DNA of 32,000 nt from Burkholderiaceae bacterium (lineage in GTDB: Bacteria > Pseudomonadota > Gammaproteobacteria > Burkholderiales > Burkholderiaceae). Both the position numbers and the translations under genes were made by a program. Shown here in pieces: positions 8,680-17,483 of the stretch (the stretch's first letter is position 1; the number at the start of each line of letters is the position of its first letter). The stretch spans positions 1,523,270-1,555,269 of the forward strand of contig OZ248347.1 of assembly GCA_965234555.1 (NCBI GenBank), given 5' to 3'. Below the pieces are notes generated by a model. It was given only the letters and a program-made list of their open reading frames with translations, had not been told where the DNA came from and ran no database searches.

Positions 8680-9117
8680 CTACTTTCTAAAGCCAGCTCG
8701 TACTGCACCACTTGCCTGCTCAATTTGACCGTCGAGCTCACCAGCCTCTACAGCCCCTTTGATAATTTCCAGTGCTTTGATGAGCTCTTCGGGACTATTA
8801 ACCTCAACCGCTGATTTGCCTTTGACAAATTCAATGGTTTTAGCGCCGTATTTGACGTTTAGACAAACCTTGCCATCTTGCGCCACATACCACCAAGGTC
8901 GTACCCGCTTATTAATCTCCACGCTCTTGCGATTGCCCTCAAGGTCTTTGATAGTCTTAAACTTTTTGACAGTGAATATGCCACCTTCTTGCTGGGCTTT
9001 AGCAAACTGAATCTGCTCCCAGACTTTGGTTGCTAGCTTATTACGCCTGTGTAATACGGGCGGCATCGCAGTGGGTTTTTTGCTATTGGTTAATTTCAAG
9101 CTGTTTAATGCACTCAT
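8680..9117 (-). CDS. conserved island-associated hypothetical protein (145 aa, MSALNSLKLT...)
   Basis: ORF track 8680..9198, start moved to the ATG at 9115-9117 behind a strong AGGAGG RBS. I vaguely recall homologues in proteobacterial islands (possibly DUF6641); unverified. Confidence 0.6.
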   Translation of the reverse strand: MSALNSLKLTNSKKPTAMPPVLHRRNKLATKVWEQIQFAKAQQEGGIFTVKKFKTIKDLEGNRKSVEINKRVRPWWYVAQDGKVCLNVKYGAKTIEFVKGKSAVEVNSPEELIKALEIIKGAVEAGELDGQIEQASGAVRAGFRK

Positions 9118-9837
9118 ATTTCCTCCTATTAGTGAATGAGTACATACACAGTAGTTTCGGTCTTGCATATTGGGCAACCAGTTTTGCCAATCTGCCACAG
9201 AACCTAATAAATTTCGCCAGAATTCCCCTTCTTTTATTAGATCTCGCTAAATAAACAGGACAGCAGAGCAATCTGTATGCCATGTACCACTACTGAAATG
9301 AGCAGCGATACTCAATGTTTTATCGCCCTAAACCTAGTCAAGCGTGTTCGTAGGGATGGAAATTCTGAAGCAGTAGCAGAGACTTAGATTCACTACCCGC
9401 GAGGATGCCGTTGGCCTAGCTAGCCAGCATGAATTAAGTATATGAATAAGCTCAAAGATCGTAAGACTCAGTCTTACAGGATCACGAGAAAGCCCTGCTC
9501 ACACAGCAACTTTCAAACAAGACAGCGGTAGCCACTTCATGCTGTTGTCTATGTTGCGTTTTATAGCCGCATGTAAAAGGAGACCGCAAAACCGCCCTTG
9601 CCCATTTGGGTTGTGCCTGAAGTGGTGTAGTCAAGAACTCAGCGAAAGTCTATTTCGAAAGTCTTCTCTATCACTGAGCCTATTGCTTAAGGCTCAGTGT
9701 AGGTTGAATCTAGCGAAAATCAATCAAACTACTATCAAAAGAAGAAAGGGGTGATGAGCGACAAGCGAAATCACTGGTGAACGTAGTTCGCCATTGAATA
9801 TTTGTGTAATATATTGTTATAAATTTTTGGAGGATAT

Positions 9838-10212
9838 ATGGCTACAAAAAAACCAGCACCGACAAAGAAAACAGCTAAAGAAAAATTACTTGAAGAACAT
9901 ACTAGGGATTTAGATAGGCGTATGTGGAATATTCAAGATGAAATGATCGAGATGGGCAACAATATCGTTTCAGTATGGCTATCTGATGCAGATAGCCAAA
10001 ATATTTTTGAAGAATCAGTTGATTGGATATTAAGTTCCGAAGCCCAAAAAATGTTTGAATCCCAATCAGGAGTAATGGCGATTGAGTCTGTTAAATGTGC
10101 AATCTATCAATTTGAAAGACATCGTGAAGATAATTGGGACGAGGAAGATAATGAAGAGGAAACTAATACCTCGAAACTGTATGACGATGTGCGTGAATTC
10201 TTTAATGTTTAG
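9838..10212 (+). CDS. acidic hypothetical protein (124 aa, D/E-rich C-terminus)
   Basis: ORF track; GGAGG RBS 6 nt upstream; AT-rich codon usage. Confidence 0.55.
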   Translation: MATKKPAPTKKTAKEKLLEEHTRDLDRRMWNIQDEMIEMGNNIVSVWLSDADSQNIFEESVDWILSSEAQKMFESQSGVMAIESVKCAIYQFERHREDNWDEEDNEEETNTSKLYDDVREFFNV

Positions 10213-10372
10213 CTGTAAATACGAAGTAAGACTCTTATATCTCCCTTCCATACGTTTTTAAAATACTTTGTGGAATATCGTGGCAAAAATGCCACAAAAA
10301 ACCTAATAGAACTGCGCTTCTATTAGGTTTTATAGCTAAGTCATTGAATTTACAGAGGTCTTAAATCTGCCA

Positions 10373-10387
10373 TTTTCGGTTGCCCAA
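10373..10387 (+). promoter_or_regulatory. shared upstream motif TTTTCGGTTGCCCAA, 58 nt before the short recombinase start
   Basis: The same motif, in the same orientation relative to the gene, lies upstream of the integrase (15787-15801) and the GNAT gene (26895-26909). Confidence 0.5.
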
Positions 10388-10445
10388 ACCGAACCTAAGA
10401 AAACATACTGTAGTTGCTTATTTATTACTTTAAGGAGCTACTTTT

Positions 10446-11012
10446 ATGTCACAAGCAAAGGTTTTGAATTCTGTAGAACTGCGTCGCGTATTGGATTACG
10501 TGGCAACACGTAAACACAGCGCACGTAATCGCGCTATGCTGCTTTTAACCCACTTCGCGGGTATGCGGGTAGCGGAGGTGGCTAGTTTGCGCTTATACGA
10601 CGTTTTAAACGACAGCGGCACAATTAAAGAAGAAGTGCGCTTGAAACCCGATCAAACCAAAGGCAAATATGCCCGCACTGTCTACCTGAATTTACGTATA
10701 CAAAAGGAATTGGCGCAGTACATCAAATGTATTAATACCAGTGATCTCCAAAAGCCACTGTTCTATACCCAAAAGCGAGCGAGTTTTTCCCCAAATACCC
10801 TAGCGCAATACTTTTTATTCCTCTATCGCAATGTGGGCTTAGAAGGAGCCAGTAGTCATAGTGGGCGCAGAAGCTTTCTCACGCATTTGGCTAATAAAGG
10901 CACAGCCATTCACATCCTAAAGAGCTTGGCAGGTCATCGCAATATCAGCACCACTGCGGCCTATCTATATAGCAGCCCCGATCAACTCAAAGCGGCGGTG
11001 GAGCTGGTCTGA
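10446..11012 (+). CDS. short tyrosine recombinase (188 aa, catalytic domain only)
   Basis: Catalytic residues in order: R (FAGMRVAEV), HSGRRSF (HxxR), GHRNISTTAAYLY (H...Y). No N-terminal SAM-like or arm-binding domain. Confidence 0.85.
   Translation: MSQAKVLNSVELRRVLDYVATRKHSARNRAMLLLTHFAGMRVAEVASLRLYDVLNDSGTIKEEVRLKPDQTKGKYARTVYLNLRIQKELAQYIKCINTSDLQKPLFYTQKRASFSPNTLAQYFLFLYRNVGLEGASSHSGRRSFLTHLANKGTAIHILKSLAGHRNISTTAAYLYSSPDQLKAAVELV
10598..10614. repeat. PAL-3: CGACGTTTTAAACGACA (2 mismatches), inside the short recombinase CDS
   Basis: Read directly; encodes ..DVLND.. Confidence 0.7.
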
Positions 11013-11411
11013 TTATTTGGTCTTTTTAGACTTAGCTTTTGGTTTAGCCTTTACTTTAGCTTCAATTGCTTTGGGATTCTTACCGATATCCACAACCACT
11101 TTGCCCGTGTAATTTTCAATCACTTCGGTGTGGTTAGGATCTAAGGTCAACTCTGGAAAGTCTGTTTGAATCTGATGTCCGTACCACGTACAAAAGACTT
11201 TTTTCGTATGCTTTCCCGATTTAGAAACTTTGATATCCCGACCATTGACCACGGCAAACACACCCTCAATGGTTGCTAATCGGTATTTGGCATTTTTTAC
11301 TTGAATGACTGTGACATTACTTAATTTCTGAGTCTTCAAAGGAGTGGCATGCGAATCAGTATCTGGACATTTCTTACTATTCCACTTCTCTGCCTTTAGA
11401 TAAAAATCCAT
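11013..11411 (-). CDS. hypothetical protein with a lysine-rich C-terminal tail (132 aa)
   Basis: ORF track; GGAGG RBS; its stop abuts the convergent recombinase stop with no spacer. Confidence 0.55.
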   Translation of the reverse strand: MDFYLKAEKWNSKKCPDTDSHATPLKTQKLSNVTVIQVKNAKYRLATIEGVFAVVNGRDIKVSKSGKHTKKVFCTWYGHQIQTDFPELTLDPNHTEVIENYTGKVVVDIGKNPKAIEAKVKAKPKAKSKKTK

Positions 11412-11483
11412 ATAGCCTCCTATAACCCTTATTAACGATCATTAACTGTTGCTAATCATTATTAGGATAGCAAAGAACTTACA

Positions 11484-12281
11484 TTACTTCTTTTTGGCTC
11501 GTTTTTGGGTAGTAGTCCAGTCATGAGGGTCTGTGCAGGGAAAACGCAGCTCAGTGGCATGCGCCATGAGGTTTTGTACCTGCTTGAGAATATCGCTGGC
11601 CACATTAGCCGCTTCAATGCGCAGATCTACGGGCACATCCACACGTTTAAGTAGTCCTCTAAACAAGCTAGGGTGTAGCTCCATGTCTTTGGCAAAGTTA
11701 TATAACTTGAAATCCTTACGATCTTTTTGTTTTTCGTAAGCACGATAGACGGTTAGCCACCGTGAGATGGTCGGATAGGTCAATTTGGTTTCACGATATT
11801 GATGCACTGGGGCAGTACTATGATCCCAGCGATCTTTATTCTCGGTGTAATAGTCACTGTGCTGGCGCAAGATCTCCTCGAACTGTTCCCGCAACGCTTT
11901 GGGGTGCAGATTTAGTGGTACCTCAATTTTTAGAATGGGCGGCTTTTTACTGCTCGTTTGAGTCTGCGTCTTAATCTGTGGCTCGGTGATTTCAATGGGT
12001 TGATAGGGAACGTCTTCTGCAAAGATCTCATAGCCTCTGGTTTTCCACCACGACGCAAAATCCGTTTTACTCAGATCGCCAAATTTTTCCCATGTCTCTT
12101 CAGCTGCTCTACTTTTAAAGACGCCACTCTCGCTACTGTCTCGATACCACGGGGATGTTTGCAGCGTTTCAAACCACGCTTCGTAGAGCGTACCTTTGGC
12201 TAATTTGGCAGAGCTGTCGATGGTCTGCGGAAAAATCCGATCCTCTGCAGACAAGCCTTTTAAGAAGAATTTCACAGTCAT
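11484..12281 (-). CDS. hypothetical protein (265 aa)
   Basis: ORF track; long ORF divergent from 12406..13182; no family recognised. Confidence 0.6.
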   Translation of the reverse strand: MTVKFFLKGLSAEDRIFPQTIDSSAKLAKGTLYEAWFETLQTSPWYRDSSESGVFKSRAAEETWEKFGDLSKTDFASWWKTRGYEIFAEDVPYQPIEITEPQIKTQTQTSSKKPPILKIEVPLNLHPKALREQFEEILRQHSDYYTENKDRWDHSTAPVHQYRETKLTYPTISRWLTVYRAYEKQKDRKDFKLYNFAKDMELHPSLFRGLLKRVDVPVDLRIEAANVASDILKQVQNLMAHATELRFPCTDPHDWTTTQKRAKKK

Positions 12282-12405
12282 TTAGGTCGATCCCATCAAC
12301 GCCAAATCCCTAATTTTTTTAGTGTTTTGGCAGTTTAATGGAACTTATTCGAGGCCACTGTTTCACCCTTTTATCAACCCGCTTCGAATATATATCGGAG
12401 GTTTT

Positions 12406-13182
12406 ATGATCGTATCAGACCAAGTAGTACCTGCAGTAATTAACGTATCAACTGTCGTTTTAAACGACAACGCTACTCCCGTTGTTGGGCCAGCTAACCT
12501 CGAACTACGTTCGATGGAAGCCAAGCGCATCGATTGGGAAACTGGAGCCTTTCGCACCAGCAATCAAGCACTCTATCAAGTGTTAGCAGAGTGTCTAGCG
12601 TATAGCGGTGAGTTGCCTGTCAGCATGGCCAAGCTGCGTAATGGTGCACTAGCAACTTTTTATAAAGAGCGTGGCTATCGCTACAAAGAAGAAGCGCCGT
12701 TGGTCACTCGTGTGGTGCGTGCGGTATTTGGTGATATTAATCGCCGTCGCATTAGCACCTACTCACTGGTGCTGCGTCAAGCACAAAAAGAAAGTATTGC
12801 GTATGCCGATTTGCCAGCGTGGATTGAAGAGCGTGGCGGTATTCAAGAGATTCGTCTTAGCCGCAGCACGACCTTTGTGAGCCCTGCGCAAAAAGCCAGT
12901 GTGGGCAAGATGTACTTTGAAGGCAAAGCTGATTTAGGAACTGTTCAGTCCGAGTGGCTCTCGGTTGAAGCAGATCCCAGCTTTATCGGACAGGCCTGCG
13001 TGTTATTGGCTGAGCAACAGTCTGATGGCAGCTTTCATGTGCGAGCAGTCATTCGTAATCAAACGGCATTAAAAGCTGCCTATGCCGCCTTGTATGTCAA
13101 GCAAAAGGATGCACAGGCTAGAGCAGAAGCAGAAGTCGCTGCTGCCAACGACGCTGACGGTGCGCTTGCACAACAGGCCTAA
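12406..13182 (+). CDS. hypothetical protein (258 aa, Ala-rich C-terminus)
   Basis: ORF track 12322..13182, start moved to the ATG at 12406 behind a GGAGG RBS; followed by a hairpin. Confidence 0.6.
   Translation: MIVSDQVVPAVINVSTVVLNDNATPVVGPANLELRSMEAKRIDWETGAFRTSNQALYQVLAECLAYSGELPVSMAKLRNGALATFYKERGYRYKEEAPLVTRVVRAVFGDINRRRISTYSLVLRQAQKESIAYADLPAWIEERGGIQEIRLSRSTTFVSPAQKASVGKMYFEGKADLGTVQSEWLSVEADPSFIGQACVLLAEQQSDGSFHVRAVIRNQTALKAAYAALYVKQKDAQARAEAEVAAANDADGALAQQA
12453..12469. repeat. PAL-4: TGTCGTTTTAAACGACA (perfect), inside a CDS
   Basis: Read directly; encodes ..VVLND.. in the same reading frame as PAL-3. Confidence 0.95.
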
Positions 13183-13189
13183 GTAAGTA

Positions 13190-13218
13190 GGGGCTACTTT
13201 CGGGTAGCCCCATCTTTC
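13190..13218 (+). terminator. hairpin GGGGCTAC-loop-GTAGCCCC with a weak T tract
   Basis: Read directly, downstream of the 12406..13182 CDS. Confidence 0.4.
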
Positions 13219-13253
13219 AACCATTCACTTAATTTCACACTACGGAGAAACCC

Positions 13254-13916
13254 ATGTATGTACCTACCTCACTTAACGACATTATTTTCGGTAATCCCGA
13301 AAGTAAGCTGCGCATCTACGACATTGTCACAGGTGCCGAAACACTACCTGCAAGCGGCAAATCAGGAATCCTTCTTTACGGAACCTGGGGCACTGGTAAA
13401 ACCACGATGGCCACAATGCTACCTGACGCAATTGAGAAAGGCAGAACCGACGAAGAGTTAACCATGTCCGCAGACTTGATTCGTTGTCAACAGGGCTTTA
13501 ATGGACCACAGGTGATTGATTTCATCGCAAAAATCTTAGATAAGAACTCACTCAATGCCAGTGGTCTGCACTACATCATTATTGATGAGGTGGACTTGCT
13601 AACTAAATCAGCGCAGGAGAGCCTAAAGTCCGCAATGAATACCAGTCGTTGCATCTTCATCTTAACCACTAATTACATTGCCTATTTAGATCGTGGTTTA
13701 TTAGATCGCTGTGTCTTAGTGGAAATGAATGCGGCTGCTATTAATGATTATTTGCCGTTAGCCAAAAACTTAGTCAGCGATATGGGCGTTGTTATGAGCG
13801 ACGATGATTTATTACCTACTATTTCTGCGGCTAAAGGCTCATTGCGAAATTTGATTCATAACGTGGAAAGGCTTGCTAGACGTAGTAATCCTCCACCACC
13901 TAACATTATTTTTTAA
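13254..13916 (+). CDS. AAA+ ATPase, clamp-loader (RFC/DnaX/gp44)-like, 220 aa
   Basis: Walker A GTWGTGKTT; Walker B IIIDEVD followed by LT..AQ..L; an SRC-like DRC motif (LLDRCVLVEM). Confidence 0.75.
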   Translation: MYVPTSLNDIIFGNPESKLRIYDIVTGAETLPASGKSGILLYGTWGTGKTTMATMLPDAIEKGRTDEELTMSADLIRCQQGFNGPQVIDFIAKILDKNSLNASGLHYIIIDEVDLLTKSAQESLKSAMNTSRCIFILTTNYIAYLDRGLLDRCVLVEMNAAAINDYLPLAKNLVSDMGVVMSDDDLLPTISAAKGSLRNLIHNVERLARRSNPPPPNIIF

Positions 13917-13925
13917 GGAGGATAT

Positions 13926-14402
13926 ATGGTTAATTCTAAATTTTTATGTTTAAGCATGAAAAATATCTTAAAGATTGCACTAAACGAACATACGCCACCT
14001 AGGTCGGCAAAAAGTTTAGTTTATGCCTCTAAGATTTTTGCGAATGCTTATTTTGATGAACTCGAATCTACTTACTCAAAAGGTAACGTACGTGCGAGGA
14101 AAAATGGTTTAGAGTTTTTTATTTTAGATTTGATTGTAAATTTTAAAGAGAGGGATGTATCTTTTCCAACCCCTGCATTAATAAACTTACTAAAATCAGA
14201 TCAAGACATTTTTTCCTTTACCAGTAATTTGATTCAAGGTGAAACGCCATTCACAAGTTTGTGGATTGAAACATCAAAAGAAAAAAGGGAGGAAATCATG
14301 AAGGCTCATAAAGTTGTTAGAGCATTTATTGAAGATCGCATTGAGAATGTATTCAACCCTTTGTATGTTTATGTGCCAAAAAGCATACAGAAAAATTACT
14401 GA
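13926..14402 (+). CDS. hypothetical protein (158 aa), AT-rich
   Basis: ORF track; strong AAGGAGG RBS; strong terminator downstream. Confidence 0.6.
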   Translation: MVNSKFLCLSMKNILKIALNEHTPPRSAKSLVYASKIFANAYFDELESTYSKGNVRARKNGLEFFILDLIVNFKERDVSFPTPALINLLKSDQDIFSFTSNLIQGETPFTSLWIETSKEKREEIMKAHKVVRAFIEDRIENVFNPLYVYVPKSIQKNY

Positions 14403-14424
14403 TTACATTAATGACTAAGTTCTT

Positions 14425-14450
14425 AGCCCACTTTCGAGTGGGCTTTTTTC
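14425..14450 (+). terminator. Rho-independent terminator AGCCCACT-TTCG-AGTGGGCT + T6
   Basis: Read directly. Confidence 0.8.
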
Positions 14451-14452
14451 TT

Positions 14453-14469
14453 TGTCGTTTTAAACGACA
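14453..14469. repeat. PAL-5: TGTCGTTTTAAACGACA (perfect)
   Basis: Read directly; lies 3 nt beyond the integrase stop codon. Confidence 0.95.
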
Positions 14470-14472
14470 ATC

Positions 14473-15738
14473 TCAAGCTAACTTATCCGCCACCATGGTT
14501 GGTGTCAATTTGGAATAGTGCCGCTCAATCATGGCGGCACTATTACCCATCTGTTTAGCCAGTGTATGAATATCCACATCACGCTCGATTAAGGATAGGG
14601 TCGCGTAAGTATGCCTAAAGCTATACATGCTGCGCCGTCGTCCGGTGTTGTCAAACAATAGGCCACAGTCTTTCATCAGCCACTTAAAAGCACTGACCAG
14701 ATCATAAGGTCGTGTGCCATCGGGGTAGCGCCACAGATACTCTTCACGCTGCTCGGCGAGCAATTCATCTAGAGATAAAAGCGCCATATCCGCAAATCTT
14801 GATTTAATGCGCTCAATCACTGGGATCGCTTCTTTTCTGGCGATTAACCAACGCCCTCCCGTTTTGCCATCCACCCAAATCCTTAGATACTTAGTACCTG
14901 ACTTATCCATGTGCCACTCCAAGTGTCGCCACTGAATAGTCAGTGACTCCGTACCATGGCGCATACCAGTAGCGAGTAGGATCTCAATGTAGTCACGCAG
15001 TAAGTGTCTGCCCGCATGAGCTTTAGCGGATTTACCACCTTCCACCCACGTAGTCATAAAGTTCATTAGATAGTCCACCTCTTGCCTAGAAAACGCGGGT
15101 CTAGCCACTCCCTTCTCACCTTTGGTGTTAAGTCTAGCGATCAAGTGACGATCACTGAGCCACCCTTTGGCAATGGCTAGGTCATAGACCTTGTTATAGG
15201 CCACCGAATGGGTGGCGAGCGTTGAGGATTTGGCCTTGCGTCCCATCTTAAGATTGCGCCATGCTTCATAGTCACCCACCACCTTGTGATTGATTTTGAC
15301 AAGATCAAAATTACCGAAAAATGGGATGAGATAGGCTTTGATCACAGCCAAATAATCCACGTAGATCTTTTTGCCCACTTCACTATCGAGATCACGTTGT
15401 AGTTCTTGTGCCAATTGCTCTGCCACCACTTTAAACTTTTTCGGGGAGATTGGAAAACCCATTTCTTCCATAAAGCGAGCCCGATCATAGATCTCACCCG
15501 CTTTCTTTTTGGCATAGTCTAGGTCTGAATAGCCTGTAGTGATGCGATACCACTGCTTGTTGTAGAGCTTAAAGGTCATCTGCCACTTGTTACTGCGGGT
15601 ACGCTTATACAACGTGACTTCACCATCGCGGATATGAACTAAACGTCCCGTGGCTAGATTTTCGAGTTTTTTGAGGTGAGGACTTGTTCTGGGCTGCTCA
15701 GCAGTTTGAGCTTCTGAAAAAGCAAGAATCTGTGCCAT
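14473..15738 (-). CDS. tyrosine-type site-specific integrase (421 aa)
   Basis: Catalytic R (ATGMRHGTE), HxxR (FRHTYATL), and H...Y at the C-terminus (GNSAAMIERHYSK); N-terminal arm-type-like domain. Confidence 0.9.
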   Translation of the reverse strand: MAQILAFSEAQTAEQPRTSPHLKKLENLATGRLVHIRDGEVTLYKRTRSNKWQMTFKLYNKQWYRITTGYSDLDYAKKKAGEIYDRARFMEEMGFPISPKKFKVVAEQLAQELQRDLDSEVGKKIYVDYLAVIKAYLIPFFGNFDLVKINHKVVGDYEAWRNLKMGRKAKSSTLATHSVAYNKVYDLAIAKGWLSDRHLIARLNTKGEKGVARPAFSRQEVDYLMNFMTTWVEGGKSAKAHAGRHLLRDYIEILLATGMRHGTESLTIQWRHLEWHMDKSGTKYLRIWVDGKTGGRWLIARKEAIPVIERIKSRFADMALLSLDELLAEQREEYLWRYPDGTRPYDLVSAFKWLMKDCGLLFDNTGRRRSMYSFRHTYATLSLIERDVDIHTLAKQMGNSAAMIERHYSKLTPTMVADKLA

Positions 15739-15786
15739 CCAACTTTTTGGTTTGTGAAAAGCACAGCTTAATTTCGAAACGGATGG

Positions 15787-15801
15787 TTGGGCAACCGAAA
15801 A
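15787..15801 (-). promoter_or_regulatory. shared upstream motif (TTTTCGGTTGCCCAA on the minus strand), 48 nt before the integrase start
   Basis: See 10373-10387; PAL-6 follows 3 nt away. Confidence 0.5.
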
Positions 15802-15804
15802 ATT

Positions 15805-15821
15805 TGTCGTTTAAAACGACA
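15805..15821. repeat. PAL-6: TGTCGTTTAAAACGACA (perfect, centre A)
   Basis: Read directly; 67 nt upstream of the integrase start. Confidence 0.95.
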
Positions 15822-16019
15822 TAGCCAGAGAGGGCTATTTGGCCTGCGGATTACTACAACATCGTAATCATAATAAACATTATGTGATTATTTGGAGAGA
15901 AGAGTTGGTACTTATAAAATTGATTGTTATTCACATTAACGAAAAACTAAAATGAATTACTTGTGATTAAGCTTTTCTTTAGCAGGCATCAATACGGAAA
16001 ATTCTAATAAGCGGGCTTT

Positions 16020-17339
16020 TTATTGAGGAAAAAGTTCTAGCTGTTTTTTTATTTTTTTCGTTTTTGGCCCACCTTTCCCAGTTTCTTTAATAACATTAGC
16101 AACACTTATTGCCTTAAGCATTTGATTCGCAACTGCTCGAATTACTGGTACACATACAGAATTACCAAACTGTTTATAGGTTTGGGCATCAGAAACTGAG
16201 TTAATAATAAATGACTCTGGGAAACCTTGTAAGCGAGCGCATTCTCTTGGCGTAAGCTTTCTTGGATTCTTATTGAGTTTACTTTGGTCAATCAAAATCT
16301 CGCTTCCATCTTTGTAATATCTTGCGCTTATAGTACTTGTGTAAGGACTTTCTTTAGAAAAAAGAGAGTACCCAAATCCATTTCCTTTTATCTGATGCTC
16401 TTCTTTTCTTCGTAAATGGCCTTGCCATAACTTATCTGACAATGTATATTTTTCATCAATTTTTTCAGAGTTTTCAAGAATGTCGCCTAATCTTGTTGGG
16501 GTCATTGGTGGGTCTGGCCAACTAAAGACGTCCTCAAAATCAACATTCTTTCCAAAGTAAGCAGTATCAAAGCCTACGATAAAGATTCGCTCTCTATTCT
16601 GTGGGACTCCAAAATCTCTTGCCCTCAAAACTTTATAGAAGACTTGGTAACGAAGTTTTGCTGATAATGCTTTTCTTGCCTCATCAGACATGGGGATAGT
16701 ATCTGGAATAATCTGTTCGCTTTTGCCTTCCAATATTTCCAAGATATGCTGAAGGGTTCTTCCTTTATCGTGGCCTTTTAATTGCTTTACATTTTCAAGA
16801 AGAAATGCTTTAGGCATCTTTTCAGCTAGGATACGTTGTATCTCAAAAAACATTGTTCCGCGAGAATCATTAAAGCCTTTTTTTAATCCTGCCTGTGAAA
16901 ATGCCTGACAGGGAAATCCACCCAATAAGATGTCATGATCAGGTATATCTTTGGCTTTTATTTTTGTAATGTCTCCATTCGGTAGGTGACCAAAGTTGGT
17001 GGCATAAACTTTTTGAGAAAACTTATCCCATTCAGATGTGAATACACATTTGCCACCAAGCTCTTGAAATGGTAAACGAATACCACCTATGCCTGCGAAA
17101 AGATCAATAAACTTAAATGAATGCTTTACTTTTGCTGGCTGTTTAAATGGAACGTGTGTAGTTAATTGTTTTATTTGCTCCCATTTGGTAGGGGAGGGCT
17201 CATGCTCACCTCTCTCCCAACCGCCTACGGTCCTCTCGCCATGGTTTTTTAAGTTCATTAGGTCTGCGAACTCTATTTGGGTTAGCCCCAATAGCTCTCT
17301 TTTTTCCCTGATATATTTGGCTTTATCTGTAGATTTCAT
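16020..17339 (-). CDS. DNA (cytosine-5)-methyltransferase with an N-terminal XRE-type HTH (439 aa)
   Basis: Motifs FIDLFAGIGG (I), GGFPCQAFS (IV), ENV (VI), QNRERIF (VIII), TPRECARLQGFP (IX), GNSV (X). The ISARYYKDGSEILI segment recalls Dcm/EcoRII/SsoII-type target-recognition domains. Confidence 0.92.
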   Translation of the reverse strand: MKSTDKAKYIREKRELLGLTQIEFADLMNLKNHGERTVGGWERGEHEPSPTKWEQIKQLTTHVPFKQPAKVKHSFKFIDLFAGIGGIRLPFQELGGKCVFTSEWDKFSQKVYATNFGHLPNGDITKIKAKDIPDHDILLGGFPCQAFSQAGLKKGFNDSRGTMFFEIQRILAEKMPKAFLLENVKQLKGHDKGRTLQHILEILEGKSEQIIPDTIPMSDEARKALSAKLRYQVFYKVLRARDFGVPQNRERIFIVGFDTAYFGKNVDFEDVFSWPDPPMTPTRLGDILENSEKIDEKYTLSDKLWQGHLRRKEEHQIKGNGFGYSLFSKESPYTSTISARYYKDGSEILIDQSKLNKNPRKLTPRECARLQGFPESFIINSVSDAQTYKQFGNSVCVPVIRAVANQMLKAISVANVIKETGKGGPKTKKIKKQLELFPQ

Positions 17340-17483
17340 AGGCTTTTAACTTTTAACTTATCCTGATTTTTACCCTGATTTTTATTTAATTTTAGCTTCA
17401 TTCTCCATAAAAGATACTCACGTCTTTGAATAGGCACGGCATCTCGTGGTATGTTGGAAGCTTCTAAATGCTAGGGCTATTTA

